Assembly: GCF_000143415.4 (NCBI RefSeq)
Contig: NW_003314285.1
Location: 145,102 to 209,101, forward strand
DNA from: Selaginella moellendorffii
Lineage: Eukaryota > Plantae > Lycopodiophyta
Direction: 5' to 3'
DNA: 64,000 nt
The position numbers were made by a program, and so were the translations under genes. The number at the start of each line of letters is the position of its first letter. Position 1 is the stretch's first letter. This document shows, piece after piece, positions 24,696 to 36,228 of this stretch. A model generated the notes under the pieces. It was given only the letters and a program-made list of their open reading frames with translations. It was not told the DNA's origin and did no database searches.

Positions 24696-27521
24696 ATGGC
24701 CTCCGCAAGTGCGACGCATGTTCCCTCCGTGGATCTTAAGAACCATGCTACATGGATTCAGGCAAAGGTGTTTCTAAACAACCCCGAGGGGGAGGTGGTA
24801 GCTGAGGGCTTAGCCACAGTTGTCGATCCAAGAGATGCGGTTGCTAATCAAGAATTGGGCTGGGATGATATTGGAATTGCGATTTTAGAGGTTGTTGACA
24901 CAGAAGAAAACAGTCTGACTATTGGAAGCATTGTGCGGTGGAAATTGAGGCACTTAGTGTTTGAGAATGTGAAGGATTCACAATCAAACACCACTACAAC
25001 TGATGACAGAACATCTCTTCATGGGAAAAGAAAGTACACCTTCCTAAAGCGCAGCCAAAGGGATCTGAGCAACAAACCGAAAAGGCAGAAAATGGCGATG
25101 GAGGTTCGAATGGTCTCGATAGTTGCTTATTGCAAGAGGAGGTGTTGTCAACATGCTGATTGGGATGCTATTGAAGAGGAGAGAGCAAGATACAAGACAT
25201 TGTCCTGGAAGGCAGCTCGCAATTTTGTGTATGAGGTATTACGGTCATCTGTTGATGCTTCAGAACATCAGGTGGGGGGCATGGTCTTCCAGAGGGGTTT
25301 GGTCTGCATGAAGGCATGGAGAATCATTTATGGAGTCCCTTGAACCACATTCTACAGAATCAAAATTGAGTTCGAGGAACAAAGGGTTCAATAGGCAGTC
25401 CATGGGAACGACGGTACTCACAAAACCAGGGGTCATGTTGTATATGGAGAGGCAATCTTCAAGAGGTTTGTCGAGACATGTAGTGAGCAGCAACCACATA
25501 AAACCCGCCTCTTGGAAGATGGAACTCGAGACACCCAACGAGTTCTCCCTTCCATGTATACCAAGGGGGCCATATTGGAAGATGTGAATCGGGAACTCCA
25601 GAGTAATGGCTACAGGAAGCTGAGACAATCTAGATTTAGTAGATTGTGGAGCAACAGATTCAGGGATGTGAGTATAGGAAAGTACTCCAGCTTTTCAAAG
25701 TGTGACGAGTGCACTGCTATCAAAATGTCTTTGTCGAAGAATTCTTGCATCGCTCAAGAGCGAGAGACGTTGGTTAGAAGGCGGCTCAACCACAACATCG
25801 AGCAGAGAAGCTGCAGGACTGTATATTATCATAACAGGATTCTCTCCATGGAGAGACCTGACTCTTACCTCTGCATCATCCACGACAAAATGGACCAAAA
25901 AAAGACGTGCTTACCTCGACTCAATCCTGCCCCCAAAGCAATCTCTTCATCCATGCAGCTGCCTGTGTCTCTGTTTGGCATAATCACTCATGGGCATGGT
26001 GCCTAGAACTATGGGAACTTCTTTGTACCTCTATGGGGTGGCGGGGGTGCAAACATGATGATTGCGTCCCTAGCAAAACACTTAAGGTCTCTGCAAAGTG
26101 CGCAAACTGAGCTGAACGGCCAACCCTTGCATAAGGCCCTTGTCGATCGAACCCCATACAGGGTTCAGCTGGAGGAGGAGCAAAGGCTTGCAGTATCGCG
26201 TGGGGCCCCATGCCATCCCAGTGAATATGTTGGCCGTCAGATTGTAGGGTTATCACGTGAGGCCTCATGCCATTCCGATGAGGCTGGTCGCCCGGTGAAT
26301 GCACAGCCTCATCCAAACGAAGCAGAATCTCAAGGAAGTTCTTGCGGCCGATGTGGCCTTCCACCCCATCTTCTGCTCCAAACAGAAAATGCTGGCAGTG
26401 AGAACAAAAACATGTACGTCTTCGCATACTTGGCGATGCTTGTTGCCAAAGGCATATTTGAAACGGTTACATTTGGCTTTCTCATGGTTGGGCACACTCA
26501 TGAAGACATCGATGCCATGTTCAGTCACCTGGCAGAGTCCCTCCGACAATCCAATGTCCTCACCCTCCCACAACTCTACGATGAATTCCAAAATTGCATC
26601 AAAGGCACTGTTGAAGCTGCACTTGTGACAGAGGTTCCAGACTTTAAGGGGTTTGTAAGAGGCTACATCAGGGACGGATCCGAAACGCTGATTGGCCACT
26701 CCAAGCCTCTTCAGTTTCATTTCAGCATGCGTGACGGTGCTCCAGTGATGAGGTACAAGATGAGAGAATGGGACACAGTGTGGCTGCCAGTGGACGGCAT
26801 TGAACTCTTCAAGAGAGATCCCATAACTAGGGAACCTATGATTCCTCAGGCTTCCCCACGACCGATACACCCGGATGGACTCAAAGACCAGGAAAGTATA
26901 GTGGCCGGGATTAGACAGCATATTGCCTTCTGGAAGAGGGGGTTGGTGTTTGGTGGAGAATCCTATTTTTAGAGGTGCAAGCCTTTGCTCGAATATTGGG
27001 AGAAGATTATATCTGCTATCCAAAATGGGCCGGTTGTATATGAAGAATTGGAAGAGTCCTTTTGGCCAGAACCCAGAGCACCAGATAGTAGCGGAACAAT
27101 GTCCTCTGGAAATGTAGTGACAGATAACGATGTTGAGGATCACTATTGTGGGCCGAGGAACAAGAAGCCGAATTCAGCATTCAATCCAGTACAGGTCTGC
27201 AAAGGAATGGTCGTGCTTGTCAGACCCAGTAATAAAAAACAAATGATATAGGTGGGGCGCTGCATCACTGATGCAGAGGAGGACGCGGAAACTAACTCCT
27301 TCAATGTAACTGTGGAGTGGTTCAAGCCAAGTTCCGGATATACGAAGGATTGCCTAGAAAAGAGATGGGTGCTGAATCCAAGGGATCCCAGCATGAGCAT
27401 ATCGGTGGATAATGTTGTGCATGGTTGGATGCGGAAGCAGAGTGCCACCATCACCTTGCCAGACCATGCAAGAGATGCAGCAAGAGCATTCATAACCCGG
27501 GTTCAAGGTGAGATTCATTAA
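24696..27521 (+). pseudogene. DDD/E-type transposase (Sola/DUF7869-like), ~940 codons, five in-frame stops
   Basis: ORFs at 24696, 25512, 26055, 26985 and 27252 are all in one frame, with stops at 25341, 25392, 26004, 26970 and 27249. Motifs: FSKCDEC, IIHDKMDQ, LQTENAGSENKN, FLMVGHTHEDIDAMFS. An acceptor TTTCAG sits just upstream of the ATG. The superfamily assignment is tentative. Confidence 0.8.
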
Positions 27522-29128
27522 TATTCCTTTACTAAATTTCTAATGTATTTTATTTCAAGGTGAACAATCCGAATCTGAATCAGAGGAGGCGTGATGGCAT
27601 GTGGCCTTACGCCATTCTTAGGTGAGATGATACAAATAACAAGTATAAATTCTTAGTTGTTCTAGCAAATCTTACTTAAAGTTCAAGGTGAACAAGCCGA
27701 ATATGAATTCATCGGATTGTTATAACAAATTGCGAGGTGATGGCATGAGGCGATACGCCATTTGAGAGTGGTAGCCATTCCTATATGAGGTGAGTGAAAT
27801 ATTTATTAGAAATACCTCATTCAATTGTGCACTTCTAAATCTTGGTCCACTCAGTACTGTTTGCATGTTTTTATTTTAATTCTTTCTCTAAAATGTTATT
27901 TAGCATGTGGCTTCATGCCATTGCTCTCCACAATCATGCATTGAATTTTTCTATCCTTGCATAATACTTCTCCATATATATAGCATGTGCGCACATGTGA
28001 TATGGTTCATTAGGCCTGATATAGTGTGTGAGGTAAAACAAAGATGATGTGACATATGCATTTACCAATCACACGTGTATAAATCTAATAATATGGCGTG
28101 TGGCCCATATTAATGGCACATAAACCCATATTGTGGGCTTACGTGCTTTATGTACCATCATTCCCTTGCAGCGTGTGTGTTGGTTTCCTTTTATAACACA
28201 ACAAACTCCATATTTTAGGGTGAAGAGCGTTCTCATGGCAAGCACAAAATCTGTAAGTGAGGCAGATAAGGAGACGAAGAAGGAGATAGGTGAAGATCTA
28301 GAATATATAAGTCTTCCAAACTCCCCGTACTATACTCCAGGTGATCATTTTTCTGAACAAACAGCAACATTAACAACTATCGAGAACGCCCCAGTAACGT
28401 CAGAGACAACAATCCAAAGCAAAACAACTGACCCGGAGAAGGATGATAGTACCGCTGAGAGTACCAAAAAGGAGGTGTCCACTAGCGCTTAGGCTTATAA
28501 TGGCGTGTGCCCTCATGCCATTTACTTGATCACCAAATACCTTTTTCCCTTTGCACTAGTATATCTTAATACCGGTCTGAGAAATAGAATGGCATGTGCC
28601 CTCAGGCCTTTTACTAAATCACCTTTGAAAGAAATGCAAGCCTCTATGTCGTAAAAAAAAGGTACTAGAGAAATTCCTTAATAATATGAATGTTATTTAG
28701 TTTCATGAAAATACACTAAGGGTCAAATGAGTTAAATGACTTCTCCAGACTAGCAATGCCTCTTGCTACACCTTCACAATTAGATTTGTTAGAAAAAGAT
28801 AACATTGAATAATATCTAAATGTTCTCACCATTAAGTTATATGTCTGGCTAATAGGAATGACGTTCATCTTGGAAAGCTCACCACACGCTCAATGAACAA
28901 ACAAATAGTGTGTGCGCGCATGCCATCGCTCTTCTTTAGCTTCAGATTCGGCTTGTTCACCTTGACAATGAGATTTATTATACAACCAGATGGACTCAGT
29001 CTGGACACAAAGTCACCGCGCTAGTCACCATGCCCCAGATATATCTAGCTCCTGGACAAAAAACATATAATTTCACGTCATTTTCAAATACTTGAAAATT
29101 TGTACCTAGTCCCATTTTACTGAATAAA

Positions 29129-29150
29129 TCCCACTTTAACGAAATAGAGC
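29129..29150 (-). repeat. Right subterminal inverted repeat
   Basis: TCCCACTTTAACGAAATAGAGC. Confidence 0.92.
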
Positions 29151-29656
29151 ATTCTGGGACTTCCTCACCATGTGACTATATCCTTAGTCACTACACTAGA
29201 GGACCGCTCCTCCTCCTTTCCCTCATTTGGGACTCCGGGACAACATTTTGGAATACCGTGGGCCTACGCGAGCCCCGTGGGTACTCTCCCCACCTTTCGC
29301 CTTTAGGTGCTCTAGCCATGGGCTTAGAGCGAGGTTCTGTTGAGCCACGCCTGGTATCTAAGTAGGTAGTGCCACCCACACTTGGACTGGGAGCATCGGC
29401 CAGTCGATCTCCCGGGGGAACTAGAGCCGGCTCTTGAATACTTCACCAAGCTACCCCACTTGTCAGTCCGTATTCACTCTAGTCTTGGACTTCCCAGTGG
29501 TCAGTTCATCACCCAACATTGGGTCTGGCCTTCCTGGGCCAAACTAGCCTTTCCTGGCCAAACTGGCTCCACTGCAGTCCTCCCCCTTACTATACTTTTG
29601 GAGCTCACCAAACCCCCCAGGGTCTGGGAGACGGACGCTTTGGGCTTTCACCCTCT

Positions 29657-29750
29657 CAGACTCAAACTCGGACTCGGACTCGGACTTGGACTCAAACTCG
29701 GACTCAGACTCGGACTCGGGCTCGGGCTTGGGCTAGGTCTCGGCCTTGGC

Positions 29751-29789
<39 letters not shown>

Positions 29790-30168
29790 AGTCTTGGTCT
29801 CGGTCTCGGTCTCGATCCCGGTCTCGGTCTCAACCTCGGACTCCATCTTGGGTCCTTCTCGGACTCCATCTCAGGTCTATCTCAGACTCCATCTCGGGTC
29901 CATCTCGGACTCCATCTCGGACTCCATCTCAGGTCTATCTCAGACTCCATCTCGGTCCATCTCGGACTGCATCTCGGATTCCACCTCAGACTCCATCTCG
30001 GACTCCATCTCAGACTCCACCTCGGACTCCATCTCGGACTCCACCTCGGACTCCATCTCAGACTCCACCTCGGACTCCATCTCGGACTCCACCTCGGACT
30101 CCATCTCGGACTCCGTCTCAGTCCATCTCGGACTCCACTTTGGACTCCAACTCGGGTCCATCTTGGAC
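29657..30168. repeat. Tandem 6-mer/12-mer array in LTR B2
   Basis: (CTCGGT)n followed by (CTCGGACTCCAY)n. Confidence 0.92.
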
Positions 30169-30929
30169 ACTTCCACGTGTCATGTGTTGGTCCTTTTGGG
30201 TCCCTTTTTGGAGCCTCGCTTATTGCTCGCTTCGTGCTTGTTCCTCGAGCACTTTGTTAGGAGTTCCACTCCCGCTCTCGACCTTTCAAGTCGGAGCTTT
30301 TAGTCCAAACGTGTTATGCTCGTTTGGCTTTCGCTTTGGCCACTACCATATGGCGCCCTTCCGGCTCCACTTTGGGGCTTAGGGATTTTGTGTCTCACAT
30401 TGGAGCCTTTTAGTCCAAACGTGTTATGCTTATTTGGCTTTCGCTTCGGCCACTACCACGTGGCACCCTTTCAGCTCCACTTTAGGGCTTAGGGATATGT
30501 GTCTCACAACTGCCCAAGGCTCTGAAACTCGGGTTCCACACCACTGTCCTTTGGATATGTGGCATGTGACACATGGCATATGGAGGGTTTAGGTTCCGCT
30601 TCGTGGTTATCCTATGGTAAATCACCATAGGATAAAGGGTAAAAACCACATATGCTACAACTTGCGAGATGTTAATCAATATGTGGTATGATTTCAGAAG
30701 GTCACCCAACTCAATACTATTCAAACCCAATGACACTTAACCCTAAGTATCCCAAAACCTTTAACCAATTGAAAAAGGGAGTGCACTATTCATAGGCACT
30801 TTCCCTTTATAAACCTTTATAAATTATTTCTCCAATTGTTCTCTTTGGTTGCTTACAATGGTGTGTCTTGGTTAAGGTGATCAAATGGGAACTTATAAGA
30901 GGGTTGCTAGATTAAGCTATGGATAAAGT

Positions 30930-33900
30930 TGTGAAACACAAATCCCTAAGCCCTAAAGTGGATCTGAAAGGGTGCCATATAATAGTAGTCGAAATGGAAG
31001 TCTAACAAGCATAACATGTTTGGACAAAAGGCTTCGACATGGAAAGTCAAGAGTGGGAGTGGAACACCAAACAAAGTGCTCAAGGAATAAGCATGAAGCA
31101 ATCTGTAAATGAGTCTCTAAAAAGGGATACAAGAAAGATTAATATATGGAAGTGTTAGGAACAAGTTTGAGAAGGAGTCTAAGATAGAGTCCGAGATGGA
31201 GTTTAAAAAGGAGTCTGAGATAGAGTTTGAAAAGGAGTCCGAAATGGATCCCAAGATGGGATCTGAGGAGTCCAAGAAGGAGTCTAAGATGGAGTCCAAG
31301 AAGGACTCGAAATGGAGTCCGAGATGGACTTGAGATGGAATCCGAGATGGATCTGAGATGGAGTATGAGATGGACCCGAGATGGAGTCCGAAGTTGAGTC
31401 AGAGATGGACCTAAGATGGAGTACAAGGTCAAGACTGAGACTGAGACCAAGAACAAGACCGAGGCTAAAACCAAGACCAAAACTGATATTGAGACTGAGA
31501 CCAAGATCGAATTTGAGACCAAGTTTGAGACCGAGTCCAAGTTGGAGTTAGAGTTCGAGTCCAAGTCCGAGTCTGAGGGTGAAAGCCCAAAGCATTCATC
31601 TCCTAGAGCCTAGGGGGTTTGGTGAGCTCCAAAAGTATAGTAAGGGGAGGACTCTAGTGAAGCCAGTTTGGCCAAAAAAAGGCTAGTGTGACCAAAAAAG
31701 GTTATACTTATGTGTTGGGTGATAATATAACCATTGAAGAGTCCAAGGTTAAAATGAATATGGACAGACAAACAGGGTAGCTTGGTGAAGTGTTTAAGAG
31801 CCAACTTTAGCTCCCTTGGGAGATGGAATTGTTGATGGTCCCAATCCAAGTGTGGATGGCACTACCTATTTGGATACCTAATATGGCTCATTAGAACCTC
31901 ACTTTAGCCATATAGCTGGGGCACCTAAAGGTGGAAGGTGGGGAGAATACCCACGAGGCTTGTGTAGGGCTACAGTGTTTCAAAACGTCATCCCAAATTC
32001 CCAGACTGTGGAAAGGAAGAAGAGTAGTCCTCTAATGTAGTGACCAAGGATATAATCATATAGTTGTAAGCCATAAATTTTTCCTTTCCAATTTGCCAGC
32101 TTACCTTGTCTATCCGACCAACTCTGCCTTGGCTTGTGCTAAGTTCCCTCGCCAAGGTTCTCGCCTATAGTACCAGCTCCTACTTGGTCCTACTTGGTTT
32201 CAGCTACTCACTGCACGAGCAACGGAGTGTTAGCCATCCATCTACGGATTCCCAAATCTCTCCCAATCCCCCTCCCCGGGTTAGACTGGACTTAAGGTTC
32301 GGCTACACTCCCCGCAGGCACAAGCAGCCAAGCACACCAAGCCTCCAGATTCCTACCACCCCTTGGTACCACAAGACTTGATCATAGGACCCTCTAAATC
32401 CCAAGCCTTGGGTGCAGCACTTGCTTCGGGACGTTGGGGCGAAACACCGTGGCCTAACGGCCCGGTATGGGTACCTCTACCCCCCCCCCACTTCCATCCC
32501 GAAGGAAAAGCCCAAGCCCCTAGGAAGGGCGAGGGCCAATGAGCCACAAAGTACTCAAGTGGGGCACCACTCCACATGAGCCGGGAGCACCGCAGTCGAT
32601 TTCCCTTTCGGGAGTGGGAGCTGCTCTTGAGCACTTCCCTGGGTGGCCCCTCCGGCACCACTCAAGCCCATGCTCACTCCCACCCAAGGCCCCTCAGCCC
32701 CAGTCTCAACCTCAAGTCAGTTTGGAAGCACCACTGGAGAGCTCCTTCAAGATTGGTTCCTGGATCTCACTATCCCTACTATACTTTTGGAACCCCCTGC
32801 AGCCCCCCCCCCCCCCCCCCCCCCCGTGGGAGACGCACGCTTTGGGCTTTCACCCCTTGACCCGTATTAGTATTTGGACTTAGTCTCTGGCTCGATCTCG
32901 GACCCGATTTCGGATCCGACTTCGGATTCGGTCTCGGACTCGATCTCGGACTCGATCTCGGACCCGATCTCGGACTCGATCTCGGACCCGATCTCGGACC
33001 CGACCTCGGACCCGACCTCGGACCCGACCTCGGACCCGATTTCGGATCTCGGACTCCGTCTCGAACTCGGTCTTGAACTCGGACTCGAACTCGGTCCCCG
33101 AGTCGGTCTCGGACTCGATTCCGGACTCTATCTCGAACTCAGTCCTAGAGTCGGTCTTGGACTCGATCTTCGACTTGGTCCCATCCGATGAACTCTTTGT
33201 CATTTTGGTCATGCTTTTGGGGTTCCTTTAGCCTACGACACCTCGGCGAGTTGGTTTCTTACAATAGTGAGGAAGTCCCAGAGGACAGTGGGACTTAATG
33301 GTTAGGCCTTTCAGCCTTGCTATTGAGCACCTCTGCACAGCCTAGTGCCTTGATGCAACACCTCAAGCATTTAGTGCATCTAACAAAAGCTTTAAGCATT
33401 GCAAAAAGAATTGCAATCAGGAAGCTCATCCTCTTCATCACTAGCCTCCTGGCCAGCAAGCACCATGCCGAAGATTAAGGAGCCAATTGTTCCAATACCA
33501 TGACCCAGTGCAGTATTGGTGAGCATGGCCGTGGATGAAGAGGGACTTGGTTGGAACAAAAGAAGGGATATTGGGAAAAGGTGTTCCTTATGTCTCCAGA
33601 CATCTTAAGGGTGCTTGGTCAAGGGATGACCACTCATAAATGGATGGTCCAGTTTTTGAGAAACGGGATTGTGATGTAGGTTGTCTTGGATTACCAATAT
33701 GACAAGGGTGAATGAGAACAGCCTTAGCGTAACAGGCTGATATGTCTGTAGTACCTTTAGGTGTTAGTCATAGGATCAGACACATGGAGCACTTGGACCA
33801 AATGCAAAGGCTAAGTGGCATAGATGCCATGCATAGGGCTAGCATGTCCCCAAGTCCTAAATAAGACTTATAAAGGTTAGGAGTGAAGCTCTTTCAAATA

Positions 33901-33953
33901 GTCAAAGATGTAGTTAAGTGATTGAAGTAGAATGGAAAATTTAGTCACTAACA
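30930..33953. mobile_element. Reverse-orientation solo LTR B3, split by solo LTR C
   Basis: Reverse complement of B1/B2 with TG...CA ends; flanks AAAGT/AAAGC resemble a decayed 5-bp TSD. Confidence 0.78.
32065..33263. mobile_element. Solo LTR of the chromovirus family C with 5-bp TSD ATAGT
   Basis: TGTAAG...CTTACA termini, ATAGT at 32060-32064 and 33264-33268, and homology to 9237-10239. Confidence 0.93.
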
Positions 33954-34757
33954 AAAGCCCATAGCAAAAAATGTAAAAGAAACATGTTAGGGGTGAATAC
34001 TCCCTAGACTTGGCAAATAAAGCCTTTCCTTATAAACCAGAAGGATACCCCCAAGAATAAAGGTAGTGATCTTGTATTATTTAGTGCAATAATCAAAGGA
34101 TAAAAGAAAAGGAGTAATAGCCAAAAATGGGCTTTAGAAATTGTTAGAAGAAATCCAAATGATAAGTTAGGCAAGAAACCACAATGTGATGGATTCTAAC
34201 AGATTATAAAAATATATATATATTTCCAAGGATGGGATTTCTTAAATGTTCTAATTTGGTAAAAGGTGAAAACTCCAAAAAATGGAGTGACAAGGTAGCC
34301 AAATGATAGAGCCATAGATAGTTCTAACATAAATTATGAATAAGTGGAACATAATGACTAAAATGCCACAAAGTAAACGAGGGGATAATGGTGCCCTCAA
34401 ATATAGAACTTCTTAAGATGGTGAAATGGAGTTTGCATAACATATGCAATACAATGTGTCAAAAATACCTAAGAAATTAACTTGATAAGTCAATATTAAA
34501 GTTTTAAAGCATGATAGTTATATTGATAAAGGCTAAGACTACTCTAAAATGAGCCCACAAGTGGTCTAATGGGTCTTTAAGCTAGAGAGACTATGCTCCT
34601 TAGAGGGTGGGTAAGGCATGGTGAACCTCCAGTGTTGAACTATTGATAAATAGTGGCTTGGTACAAAAGATGAAAATGGTAATCTATAATTGGGTTACTT
34701 TATAAAATCGTTTATCGTTCGATGAAGATATTGAACTTTGTCTATAAGTGATAGAGT

Positions 34758-36228
34758 TGTAAAATACAAATCCTTAAGCCCCAAAGTGGAGCCAAAAGTA
34801 GGCTATGTGGCAATAATCGAAGCAAAAGTCCAATAAGCATAACACGTTTAGACCAAAAGCTTTAACTTATAAAGTCAAGAACAGGAGTAAAACTCCTAAA
34901 GAAGGGCTTGAGGAATGATAACAAAATGATCGGTGAGCGAGTCTCTAGAAAGGGACACAAGAGGGACCAACATGTGGCAAGTATGTGACACATGGAAATG
35001 CCAGGATTGAGCCTGAGATGGAGTCTGAAATGGAGTTCAAGAAAGAATTCAAAATGGAGCTTGAGGTCAAGTCTAACATAAAAGTCGAGACTAAGCCCAA
35101 GATCCTGAAGACTAAAACCAAGACCAAAATTGAGACCAAGTCCAAGTCAGAGTTCAAGACCAAAACCGAATACTAATACAAGTTATGGGGTGAAAGTGCA
35201 AAGTGATTGTCCCCTAGGGTGGTGGGGGGTTGTAAAGATTCCAAAAGTAAAGTAGAGAGAGTGTGGGGGTTGGACTCTAGAGGAATTAGTTTGGCTAGGA
35301 AATGTCAATATAACCCAAAAAGGTTATACCTACATGATAGGGTGATGATATAACCACTGAAGAGTCTAAGGCTAAAGTGAACATAGATGGACAAATAGAA
35401 CTCTCTCTTCCTCTCTTTTTCCACAGAACTGGGAAGATGATAAAGTAACTTTGTGAAGTGTTCAAAAGCTAGCTTTATCTCCCTTGGAAGTTCAAATGGT
35501 CAATGTTTCCAATCCAAGTGTGGGTGGCACTACCTACTTAGATACCTGGCATGGCTCATCAAAACCTCACTCTAGCCACATGGCTATAACACCTAAGCAG
35601 AAAGAGTACCCAAAAGGCTTGTATAGGGCTATAGTGTTTTGAAATGTCATCCCAAAGTCCCGAAGTGTGGAAAAAAAAAAGAGCAATCCTCTTGCGTAAT
35701 GACCAAAGACATGGTCACATGGTGAAGAAGTTCTAAAGGTCAATAGGACTTGGTTGGGCTTTTAGGCCTTACCTCAATAGTAGTGTTGGTGAGCACTACC
35801 ATAGATAGAATGGGATTTAATAGAAACTGAAGAGGGATATTAGGGAAGGGTGTTCTCTTATATCTTTGGGCATCCTAAAGATGCTAAGGTGTGGTTATGA
35901 GATGACCATTCATGAATGAATGGCCTAGTCTTTGGTTGACAGGTTTGTGGTACATGTGGTTTTAGATTATTAATGAACAAAGGTAAATAGACATAACCTT
36001 AAGGTAACAAGTTAATATGTCAATGGTACTTTGGATATCTATAGTAAAATTAAACACGTGAAGCACTTGGACCAAGTATAAAAGATAAAGTGGTGTTGAG
36101 GCCACCCATGGAGATAATAAGTCCCTCAGTTGAGAATAGAACTTATAAAGGTCGTGAATGAGACTCTTTCAAGTGGCTAAAAGTGTGGTTAAGTGATTAA
36201 AGTAGAATAAAAAAATTAATCACTTACA
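34758..36228. mobile_element. Older, more decayed reverse-orientation solo LTR B4
   Basis: Aligns by eye with B3 (30930-32064 and 33269-33953); TG...CA ends. Confidence 0.72.

Larger units (their letters stand above)
16070..29152. mobile_element. 13.1-kb DNA transposon-like element with 22-bp subterminal inverted repeats, a transposase gene and a ParB/MTase-like/FCP1 cargo gene
   Basis: GCTCTATTTTGTTAAAGTGGGA (16075-16096) pairs with the reverse complement of 29129-29150 (1 mismatch). The flanks rejoin to GGTCCTCTGGGACTTCCTC, seen uninterrupted at ~14437-14455 and (reversed, GTCCTCTGGGACTTCCTC) at ~33269-33286. Confidence 0.92.
15575..30399. mobile_element. Solo LTR B2 (~1.74 kb: 15575-16069 plus 29153-30399) with 5-bp TSD TTGGA; host of the DNA transposon
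   Basis: TG...CA termini, TTGGA at 15570-15574 and 30400-30404, and collinearity with B1. Confidence 0.88.
13946..30508. mobile_element. Outer solo-LTR-like repeat B1 (13946-15574 plus 30405-30508), split by nested copy B2
   Basis: Starts TGTAAGCG and ends TCTCACA; collinear with B2; the sequence resumes after the TTGGA duplication. No TSD is evident for B1 itself. Confidence 0.75.

Noticed and set aside
26265-27143. 292-aa antisense ORF over the transposase (and similar antisense ORFs over PGDH, SAC3A and the PPR genes)
   Set aside because: Shadow ORFs with no motifs, opposite well-supported genes.
16167-28926. Palindromic repeats as a CRISPR array
   Set aside because: Spacing is irregular (tens of bp to kb), there are no uniform spacers or cas genes, and the context is eukaryotic.
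16070-29152. Classification as Helitron/Helentron, Replitron or CACTA
   Set aside because: No Rep/HUH-helicase motifs and no CACTA termini or 3-bp TSD. GHTHEDID lies in a DDD/E-type context (HDKMD...ENKN...GHTHEDID).
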